Assembly: GCF_006345805.1 (NCBI RefSeq)
Contig: NC_042998.1
Span: forward strand, 46,996,001-47,060,000
Source of the DNA: Octopus sinensis
Lineage: Eukaryota
Length of the DNA: 64,000 nucleotides
Direction: 5' to 3'
Shown here: positions 25,091 to 36,050 of the stretch, one piece after another
Numbering within the stretch: the first letter of the stretch is position 1
How the letters are laid out: the number at the start of each line of letters is the position of its first letter
The notes under the pieces: generated by a model
Told to the model about the DNA's origin: nothing
The model's database searches: none
Seen by the model: only the letters and a program-made list of their open reading frames with translations
Translations under genes and position numbers: made by a program

Positions 25091-27205
25091 TTATTGTATT
25101 TTCACAGCTTCTAACGCTAGAGATGTACTAGTGTGCCAGCTATTCACTACTAGTGAACTAAGGTAACACCCCTTATTTTTCGAGCAAATCCGGAGTATTC
25201 GAGCGTATTATTATTACAATTATTATTATTATTATTAACACTATTATCATTATCATTATTTTTAATAGTAGTATTACTTCTATCATTTATAGTATGACTT
25301 GAATTCATTGCAGCATCACCAGGTATTATATATTGGTAGATATAGCACAGTTAAAGGGAATGTTTCATATATTTATGAAGGTGGATCCTATCCATTCTTC
25401 TATTGTCTCCCGAACTCGCTGTTTGATTATTAAGCATAGCCCCATTATTAGTATTTATGCTATCATTAGAGGAGGACACATTCTGCGCAAACAGATCCCA
25501 ACCATTATTATACATATTACTCATCCTACCGGCCATAGATTCCATTTTCTTACTGTTATATATCTCATTCATTGATTAAATAGGGTATCCAAGCAAGACT
25601 ATCTTCCCGACTAGGTGGGCTTTTGTTCTTCTTTTCCCTTAAATTTTCATTATAATTATTAATAGGTATCTGACTTTCCGAATTAAGGGAAGTAATCTCC
25701 TGATTATATCAAACTTTAGAAAGAGCAGAGTTATAATAGTGGGAGTATGAATTATATACTGATAATTAGCTTATAATTGCGTAATTCGTCCCGAAATGTT
25801 TTTTAATATCCGACTTTTATACATTAGGGGAATGATTAGCGGATTTGCTCACATATCTAGTAACTTTATTCGGTTTTCTATCCAGGGTAGTATAAGCTGG
25901 AGTTTATATCTAAAGTAGTGTCAAAGAAATTAGCTACCTTCGTGCCGTATTCGAAAGCGAGTCCTAGCTTAAATCTTTTGAAGAATTTTCTGATTTATTC
26001 CACATTCTTTCTATGACAATTTTAGTAGTATTAGGACTAATAAACAAAGCATCATCCCTATAAAGAGCAACCTGTAGTTCAGGAACTTCACTACAAAAGC
26101 ATTTTAAGAGATACGCACTAACTAAATCAGTAATCTGGGCCGAGTCACTCGAACCCACAACAATATCAAAATCATCAGGGCTGTCAGACCTCGTCCATAA
26201 CCTTCCCTAAAATTCTATGATAGTTTTCCTAGCTGTAAGAATAATATCTATATTGTCTCTAGTTATGAGAGAGAGATTTTTAGCGAAAATCAGGGACTTG
26301 TTTAAGAGATTAGTGGATAAACTAGAAAAATAACTGTTGATATCAAATTGTATAAACAAGTAAATTACCTGTATTTCAAATAGATTTGGACCAGCGTGCT
26401 ACTTCATCAATATTATACCATAATTTAAGAGGTAGAATAGGAATTATTAGAGGTAAATATATATCAATAATGGATTTACTAAGTCGACGAATATCTGATT
26501 TAGTCGGGCAAACAAGTCTAACAGAGGGATTGCATTGAAAATTCTTTTTGTGGTCCTTGAGGCTAATCCTTGGTTCATTTAGCTTCATAGATTCCGTTCT
26601 ATCTACTAAGTCACAGTCCATCATAATTTTTTAATTTCCAAGTTGATATTAAAGAGATTCTTTTCTGTGGTTGTCACCCCTACACTCCTTATTTCTGGTT
26701 ATTTACCACTATCATACTGACTTATTCTGGGATTTATTTCTTTATGTGATTTTATAGCCATAGTGAATTAAGGTTTGTGAAAGTATCTGATAATAATTAA
26801 TTTATTATCAGCAGCTAGAACCCCCAGTGCTTTTAATTTTTAATGGACGTGATATACTAGCGGCATAGATCTTTTGATGGTGATAAGGAGATCGATAAAA
26901 ATTGTAGCTAAATTACCATCTCATGACCCATACTGTTTTTCTATTCTGTCACACCAAATTTTAGTTGGGGCATTTTTCTCTTTATGTTCATCCTGCAACA
27001 GTAATAACAGTATGACATTCTTTCATTCTCTAGTTCTGTCGAAATAATTACTTAGAATTATAAAATATAATGGAGTATCCTGTATGTTGAAAACCTATAT
27101 TTTGCATCCGAAGTTGGCGGTATATTTGAAATTGATGTAATGTTTGCAATGTTTGATTAAATGGAGCGGCCTGAAACGGCCGTAATGCCTTGATATCCTT
27201 GTAAT
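24643..27205 (-). mobile_element. Penelope-like element (RT + GIY-YIG), decayed
   Basis: PLE RT motifs ISLKDHKKNFQCNPSVRLVCPTKSDI and MGSSDSAQITDLVSAYLL..ALYRDD, with a downstream YIG-containing frame (24643-24933). Many stops and frameshifts. Confidence 0.85.
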
Positions 27206-27214
27206 TATTTGCTT

Positions 27215-27300
<86 letters not shown>

Positions 27301-27753
27301 ATGGACATATATTAGTAAAGCAAAGAAACTAAACATTGACGACAGGAATCGATCTAAATAAACAACTAAATAAATTAGACCAAGCCTACAACCGATCGTT
27401 ACATGCATACATGCAAGCTTATATACATGCATAGATAAAAACATACACATATGCATCCAGTGATTTAGTGGCAAGTTTTTAATTTGATTTTGGGTTACTT
27501 TACTATTTTTTGAGAATATTATGACACGTTTTATGAAACTAATGAAGGAACTCTGCATAAAATACATAAAGAACAGAAAATTATGGGTCGTTTATGTCTT
27601 TGTGCATGTATTAACCATCTTAAATAAAATGTAAAGTCTTCGGCACGTATGAAAACGCTGTTTCCAGACCGCTCGACGAGACCTTATCTTTGTACAAAAT
27701 CGAACGAAAATAAATGAGAAGCTCCGAAGAAAAGACAGTAGTTCTGAAAGTTC

Positions 27754-27800
<47 letters not shown>

Positions 27801-27944
27801 AGTGTGTGTGTGTGTGCGTGTGGTCATAGAGTATATATATGTATATATATATGTATGTATATATATTATATATACTTATATATGTATGTATACTTATATA
27901 TGTATATATACATATATACATATATTTATGTATATATGCTTATA

Positions 27945-28007
<63 letters not shown>

Positions 28008-28644
28008 AAAGGCCACATTTGATGAAACATCAAATATATTTAGTACATTTTCCACTGTGCTTCTTTATTATTTCAAATTTAATTTAAATGCTAATGCTAA
28101 GAAAACTTAGTTGAAATAAATACAAACATGATAATGATCTTCAAGTCAGTCTAATTAAGCATGCCACTTCCTAGCTTCATTGAAATGTTTGAATGAAATG
28201 GTTTAACGAAAATGGAATGAAAACAAACAATGTAATATATGTAGAATGTGCCATAGTTAGCTTGAAGGGAAGAAGAAAGAGAAAGCACATACAACAAAAT
28301 TATTAAATCACTTATTTGTCAAATTATTTCAAGATAGATACATAACTGATGATACAATTCCAATATCCAGCGATCATAATACAATAATTTCTGTTTATAC
28401 TTATGAATGTTTGTTTGTTTCTTATTACAACTTTGAACTCGTGGGTCGATCACTCTGCGTGATCTATGAGTAAGTATTTCTTTTACTACAGAATCAGGTC
28501 GACCAACAATTTGCGAGAGCAATTGGACAGATAGAAAGTACATGAAAAGCTACCTGTCTGTCTGTCTGTCTGTCTGTCTGCCTGTCTGCCTGTCTGCCTG
28601 TCTGCCTGTCTGCCTGTCTGTCTGTCTATCTGTCTGCCTGTCTG

Positions 28645-28778
<134 letters not shown>

Positions 28779-29413
28779 TATATGAATGGATGGATAGATA
28801 AATAGATAGATAATTGGCTAGCTGATTGGGAGACAGACGCAGTTGAGCATCGAGGAACCTATAGAACGATAAGTTACATAAGTTCTTTTCCATTCTGATT
28901 ACGATTTCTTACATTCAGAATGACTTCTAATTTTTTATTTATTTTACCTTCTGATATAAATTTTTGGAAACGCAACCAAACCTACACCGGTTTTCACTCG
29001 CACATATATACACACAGACACACATGCATATACATGTATACACACATGTATACACACATGTATACACACATGTATACACACATGTATACACACATGTATA
29101 CACACATGCATACACACACATAAGCAAATTTATATACATATACATACACGTACAAACACACGCACACACACGCATACAAACACACAACGGGTTTCTGCAG
29201 TTTCCGTCCACCAGATTCACTAACAAGTTATTGGTTTGTCCAGAAGTATAATAGAGAACGATAGCCCATGATGCCGTGCAGTGATACTAAACTTCAAATA
29301 ACGTGGTTGTGAACCGAACTGTTGAATAACATAACCATGCTGCCATAAACGCAAATTTACACACACACACACACAGACAAATATATATATGATTGTGTGT
29401 GTGTATATATATA

Positions 29414-29452
<39 letters not shown>

Positions 29453-29454
<2 letters not shown>

Positions 29455-30341
29455 TAAATGGAGTTAAATGCAGGTGTTATTCAAATCTTTTTACTTCCGA
29501 CATATGTTTCGAAGAAAATATTGGTATTATTCCAGAAGGAATAAGATAGTTGACTCCAATCGCATTGGTTTTCTTACCAGTAATTCTAAGACTAGAAAGC
29601 TTATCTATCAATGTAAAATTACTTCCGGTTCTCAGTGGTGCAAAAGAATATCTAATCATTACTCTACATTTAGGCATATCAATAAACGTAAAAATACTGG
29701 GCTTACTAAATTAATCTGGTATCTAAAAGATCATAATAAACAATTTCATTTGGAATGGAATATTCTCTCTATATCTTTACCGTATGATAAAGGTAAATAT
29801 TTTTGTTCATTTTGTAACAGTGAAATGTACTTTATTCTGTTCTCAGAGAATCCCGTTGTAAATACGTTTATTGAACGCGTTTATCGTTGCAAGCATTGGT
29901 AGAAACATACCTTTAGTTCCTATGATTTGTACCATTCTATAAAATTCGATCTTTGACTGTCTTCTTACATTTCATTTCCACTAAATATATACTTCCATGC
30001 CTTTAAGCTTTGTTCTAATTCACCTATCGCTCTATATCTTTCCACTATTAATTTTCTGCTAATTTCTTTCTTTCTCCTCCTTCTCTTTCTATAAACTACC
30101 TTGATGTTATATATACTAACGGTTTATTAAAAAGAATTGATAGCGTTCCTTTCATCATATACGCAGCCATCACATTCTGTTAAAATGTCTTATTGATGTG
30201 TTTGGTTTCTTTCTGGCCCTGGTGAGAAGATTGCATCGTTTTACACCATTTTATTCCTTCTGGGATAGCACCAATGTTTTCTTCGAAACATATGTCGGAT
30301 GTAAAAAGATTTGAATAATACCTGCGTTTAACTCCATTTAT
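29453..30341 (+). mobile_element. Penelope-like 3' fragment (GIY-YIG C-terminus) with pseudo-LTR and inverted pLTR copy
   Basis: RISNHYSTFRH..NTGLTKLIWYLKD..WNIL..PY..CSFCNSE..NTFIERVYRCKH matches the PLE endonuclease C-terminus. 29454-29544 is the reverse complement of 30251-30341 (about 7 mismatches in 91 nt). Confidence 0.85.
30217..30298 (+). ncRNA. Degenerate PLE-type hammerhead motif (A6G core change)
   Basis: CC-CTGGTGA-GAAGA...TCTTC-GAAA-CATATG-TC-GG: GUC triplet, palindromic helix III, and a helix I of only 2 bp. Confidence 0.45.
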
Positions 30342-30493
30342 TTATTTATCTATATTATACAAAACCATTTCACCTAAACCTGGAGTTACATCCTTGGTAT
30401 TTGTGTGAATTTTTGATACCCTGGTAACTACTTATTTATTTTTTCCGTATTATTTGTAAACACTTAAAAAAGCACACGCACACACACGCACAC

Positions 30494-30561
<68 letters not shown>

Positions 30562-31124
30562 ACACAGACACATGTAGGGAGAAGCAGGAAGAAAAAGAAG
30601 CGAAAATGCACATTGGAAAGCAAAAAAGTAAAGGCTTTTTATGAAAAGTAGCGAGGCATATATACAATTAGATGAACTGAGGTAGGAATAAAAGTAATGA
30701 AAGTCATTATGGTGAATTGTTTCAGAGATTCAAAAGCATACCAGTTTCGTAAAGTTACTGATCCCTGCTTCGTAAATTTACTGATCGGTGCTTTGAATGC
30801 GCACCGTGTCGGGTCTACTAGTCCCTAAGTGAAAAGTGTAAGGGAGTACGAAACCGGTATGCCTTTCAAACTCTTTAACAATTCATCACAATAATTACTT
30901 TCATTACTTCTATTCCTACTCTAGTTCATCTAATTGTATATATGTATCGTTACTTTTCATAAGAAGCCTTTACCTTTTTTGATTTCCAATGTATATATTG
31001 TTGTATTTCGGAATGGTCATTTTGCCAGTTTAGCCAATAAAAACACACGCACTATATATTTGGTGTTACTTTGCTTCAGTGTTATTAATTTTTTACATTA
31101 ATCTTAATCTTAATCTTATTTCGG

Positions 31125-31164
31125 CCAGAGTTCTTTCGTCACACTCCTGTGACCGCATCAGTGG
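31125..31164 (-). ncRNA. Degenerate minimal hammerhead motif (A9C)
   Basis: Minus strand reads CCA-CTGATGC-G-GTCAC-AGGAGT-GTGAC-GAAA-GAAC-TC-TGG. Confidence 0.45.
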
Positions 31165-32334
31165 TCCTTTGCTTTCTCCTTTCTTATTTGTGCGTCTCTC
31201 CTTACTAACCGTCAGCCATTTTGTATTTTTAAATATATATTTAAAAAAACGTATATATATATATATATATACATATATACCAAAAAGACGCGAGTTGGGC
31301 TCGAACCAGCAATTTGTATGACACGTGCAATGTGAATAAAAAGGACTCTGGAGAAAGGTTCGGCCCAAAACGTCACGATTCTCTTCTTAAACTAAAAAAA
31401 TTGTATCAGAATTCACGAAGTTCTACTGAGATCGCTATCTACATAAAGCGGAAGTGAGACCGAAAGATTAACAAAGGACGTTATTAAAACGTAGGTGACG
31501 TCATCAGTAAAAAATTACTTCTTCGAAATATAATCCTTTCCTGGATATTTCTTTTATTTTATATGTTTTCTGTTATATTTTTTTCTGTCGCGAACTATTT
31601 TATTTATTTATATTTTCACTTATCTATATATTTGGCTATTTATTTTTATGGTCTGGTCATTATTTGTCTGGGTCCTTTTTGGATGGGATGGGGGTAAGAA
31701 TGACCTACATTGAAGCGATCACCCTACATTAGGCAGTTCACGAAAGTCTAACTAACCTACTTTCATCAACTTTTATCTGTACATATACAAGAAGAGACAG
31801 ACAGGAGCATTAAACACCCACACGACCTCACATACGCCCAAACACACTCACACATACACCCACACACACTCACATACACTTGCACACATACACACAGATA
31901 CGCAAACTCGCACGCACGAGCACATACGCACGTACACTCCAACGGCAGAAAAATAAAATATCAAATAAAAAGAACAAAAGAAAAAACGATGGATCGGAGA
32001 TGCACCACATAACTATTTTTTTTTTTTTGTGGCCTTTCGACCTGTTAAACACACTAGCCGAATTTCCCGCGTTTTTTTTTAAATATTCGGAAAAGTCACG
32101 GCGGGAACGACTTTGATCATAGTTGAACAACTACAAAGTGTACTTTCATATGTCCATTGCCTACATGCACACGTACATACATACACATATATGTTTACAT
32201 ATATATGCGCATACTTATGCACACACACACGCTTACAGACACACACATATGCATACACATATACATTACACATATACTTACACACTCATATACATATATA
32301 ATTCATCTGAATCTAAAATTTTTGCTGAACTCAA

Positions 32335-32367
<33 letters not shown>

Positions 32368-32584
32368 AATACACATACATGCATATCTATATATGCATGT
32401 ATGTGTATGTATGTATGTATGTATGTATGTATGTATGTATGTATGTATGTATGTAGTATGTATGTATGTATTTGTATCTGTATTTGCCTGTGTCTATCCA
32501 AGACGCATTATCTCTAGCCTAGCTCTGTATTTTTTTATATTTTCTTATTTTATACGCACACGCACACATTTTCTTCTTTCTCTT

Positions 32585-32980
32585 TTACTTGTTTCAGTCA
32601 TTTGACTGCGGCCATGCTGGAGCACCGCCTTTAGTCGAACAAATCGACCCCAGACCTTATTCTCTGTAGGTCTTGTACTTATTATATCGGTCACTTTTGC
32701 GGAACCGCTGCGTTACGGGGACGTAAACACACCTGCATCGATTGTCAAGTGATGGTGGGGGGACAAACACAGATACACAAACATATACACACACACACAA
32801 ATATGCATATACATAGATATTTTATACAATGGGCTCCTTTCGGTTTCCGTCTACCAAATCCACTCACAAGGCCCGAGACTATAGTAGAACACACTTGCCC
32901 AAGGTGCCACGCATTGAGACTGAACCCAGAGCCCTGTGGTTGGTAAGCAAGCCATTTACCACACAGTCACTCCTGCCACG
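32585..32980 (-). mobile_element. SINE family A
   Basis: tttcagtcatttgactgcggccatgctggagcaccgcc...ccaaggtgccacgc...gactgaaccc, homologous to 39085-39410, 58925-59310 and 63110-63510. Confidence 0.85.
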
Positions 32981-33154
32981 CCCCCTCTCTCTCTATATAT
33001 ATTTATATATATATATATATATGTATATGTATGCATGTATATATAAGTATGTATGTATATATGTATTGATTTTGTCGACTACGCAAAGTAGGGTCAGTTG
33101 GGCACCGTCTGTGAGATTAACAGCACCATGACGCAATTCACTCTGCAAGAAATT

Positions 33155-33480
33155 TTAAAATGATATGCTGCACTGCTTGGCATTCACCCTGGAAGCTCCA
33201 ATACGAATATTTCGGACTGTTTGGGATATCAATCTGAGGACAGTGCAGAGGATTCGGAAAGAGTTAAAATTGTGCGCTAAAATTATTCCTTTTATTTTGT
33301 AAATGACAGTGGGAACGTCGAGCCATTGATTTTTTTTGGTTGAGAATCCAAACGAAAGCTGCCATTCTGTAGTTCAAGTGAAGTATCTACAACGACAAAG
33401 CTTTGCGGCTGCCGAAATCCATTTTCTTGGTCGGGGTCACCATTTGTGAACGACCGTGCGAAGATAGGTGACGAGAATGG
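33155..33480 (+). mobile_element. Tc1/mariner transposase N-terminal (HTH) remnants
   Basis: Decayed frames resembling HTH regions (SSNTNISDCLG..LRTVQRIRKEL; VVQVKYLQRQSFAAAEIHF). Confidence 0.4.
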
Positions 33481-34244
33481 CTCCTTAGTATATCACACCG
33501 TCGATACAATAAACATGAAATGGATAAATGCGTATAAGCGCCAGAAAGAAAAGAGAGACACAACCGAGTAGAATGTTTAAGAGAAGATTTTATTGATAGG
33601 GCAACATATGTACTGTAGTTTGTCATGTATGCATAATAATAGAGAGGTCGTCATAAGAACAAGGTGTGTGTGTGCCCAGACATGGATATATGCGTGTGCG
33701 TTATGTACAGAGTATTGAGAGAGTCTATAATGTGAAGTTAGAAGAATGTTCAGACACAAAGATGATAATACCAGGTCGTAGTCAATGTAAAAGATAGTTG
33801 AAATGCTGTATCAAGAAGTTGTGGCTGTAATGCAGAGCCGGTTGAGGTACATGTCGCACAAGAAGTAGATGCTACGTTGCTGCTGCCGGCCACTTGGTAC
33901 AGGAGTTCTCGCAGGTTGTATTTGCTGCTAACTATGGTGAAGTAATTCACAAGCAGTGTTGTGGTAGAACCTGTGCGAGTGTTGCTGGCTGCTGTGTACG
34001 TAGAGAAATGAAGTTGATGACGTTAAGAAGATGATAACGGTGACGAAGAAAGAGATTACCATATGCTGTTGGACGAGTGTTGATGAGTCTCAATGTGGCT
34101 GCTGTTGTGTTGTCGCCGGAACTAGCTGTGTTCTATGTGGTCAGTGGCTAGAACTCAAAAGGTCTGGAACCGAAAGACATAGAGATGGTGTGAAGCTAAA
34201 TTTTTATAGTGAGCAATCCGCTCAAAACTGAGGTTTAGAAGAGA

Positions 34245-34406
34245 CAGTCTCACGTGACCTTATTTGGTTGGGTTGCATATTGAGGCGCGATAAAGCAAGA
34301 GACAAATTGCGCCAATATCAACCAATCAGAGTAGTGGACACAACAGGGTCCAAAAGGGCGGCCGAAGGCTAGCTGTTATCTACTACGTCCGTATTTATGT
34401 ATATAT

Positions 34407-34466
<60 letters not shown>

Positions 34467-34475
34467 GAATTTCCC
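34245..34475. promoter_or_regulatory. Candidate Pol II promoter/enhancer
   Basis: TCACGTGA 34250-57, CCAAT 34312-16 and 34322-26 (ACCAATCAG), GGGCGG 34356-61, TATATAA 34402-08, (GA)n ~34410-62, GGGAATTTCC 34465-74. Confidence 0.4.
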
Positions 34476-34646
34476 TTAAGCGAAGACAAAATAGACGATA
34501 AAAGGAAGACATTTCTGTTGCGAAGAGGTGAAATTAGAGAGATTTAGGTCATTAAGGTAAAATGAAGCTGTCACTGAACTATCAGAAAGGAATGAGTATT
34601 CTAAGGCGGGGTCACCAATTTGTAAACAATCGCATATCACGCCGGG

Positions 34647-35154
34647 CCATTGATTTGAGTCAGCTTGTAAGCCTCTTCTCCTTCGAGTTCCAGAATCCTA
34701 AGACTACAAAAAATAATTTTAATGGGAGGAGATACTCCACAGGTATCAGGAACCTTCTAGTCCCATTATGGAATGGTGACCCCGACGTGATACGCTGTCG
34801 TTTACATATTGGTGACTAGGTTGCAGTGTCACTCTTCTCTCGCGTTGGCCTTCACGTCGAACAACAATGCAACCTAGCAGCTCACAGCGGATTCTTAACC
34901 CGCTTGAACTTTACCCGTTATCTCCATAGGTAATGTACCTCTAGCGAACGAAGCTAATGAACTACGCGCTGACATACAGATGGTCGCCGGGAGCGAACAT
35001 CATGAAATGAGAAGCAAATAAACAACCATTGAATTGAATACGCTTGTAAGCCTCTCCTTCGTCTTCGATTTCCAGAATCCTAAGACTACAAAAACTAATT
35101 GCAATGGAAGAAGGAGATACTCCACAGATATCAGGAACCTTCTAGTCCCATTAT
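34647..35154 (+). repeat. ~125-bp direct repeat pair (34647-34769 / 35026-35154)
   Basis: gcttgtaagcctct...ttccagaatcctaagactacaaaaa...ggagatactccacag.tatcaggaaccttctagtcccattat is present twice. Confidence 0.9.
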
Positions 35155-35199
35155 AATTTCAATTTAAAAAAATCATAATAATGATAATAATAAATACAA

Positions 35200-36050
35200 C
35201 AAATCCCAGAATTAGACTACTGGAAACAAGCACAGAAAAAGTTAAGCGTATGAAAACCCGTGCTAAAACTGCTGCCTTAGATATTATTACTGATAAATAG
35301 CAAGAAAAACCTCTCAATGGCAAATATCCAAATAGATCTAATAATGCCGATGTTGACAAAGCCCTTACCCATTAATGGTTAGTGTTTTATGGCTTAAAAT
35401 CAGAGACAGAGGGGTTTATCATAGCAGCCCAAAGATCAATGCTTACCTGCAAGGAGCAGCCAGGCCAACATATTAAAGAACAGCAGAAGCCCAACATGTT
35501 GTGTATGTCAACAACAAAATGAAACAATTGATCACGTTGTCTACATGTGCAGTCATTTTGTTCCTACAGAGTATCTCAACAGGCATGATAGAGCAGCGCG
35601 ATATATTCACTGGGTAACTTGCAAAAACTTGGACCTGCCCTATAATAAAAATTGTTGTGGACACAAACCACCTCCAGTGCTTGAAAATGACCATATCTCA
35701 CTTCTCTGGAGCTACACCGTTCAAACTGATAGAAAGATAGATGGGAATAAGCCAGATATTATATCTTCAAACAAAAATCAGGCCTCCTCATAGATGTAAC
35801 TGTTCCAGCTGACATAAATGTATTTGTCAAGACCTACCAAATTCTGAGTAAATATAAAGATCTTGAAGTAGAAATTGGCAAAATGTGGAATCTCAAGACT
35901 AAAACAATACCTGTTGTCACAGGTGCCCAAGGAAAAGAGGCTGATTTCTACCTAGCACAGATACCAGGAAACCCCAAAATGGAAGAAATTCATTAGATAG
36001 TGCTCATGGGAACTGCTCATATCTTACGTAAAATACAGTCTATGTAATCT
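35200..36050 (+). mobile_element. R4/Dong-like RLE-type non-LTR retrotransposon, 3' fragment
   Basis: GLKSETEGFIIAAQ, a zinc knuckle C..C....ETIDHVV.C, EYLNRHDRAARYIHW, a DRKIDGNKPDI nuclease motif and KYKDL, with stops and frameshifts. Confidence 0.85.
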
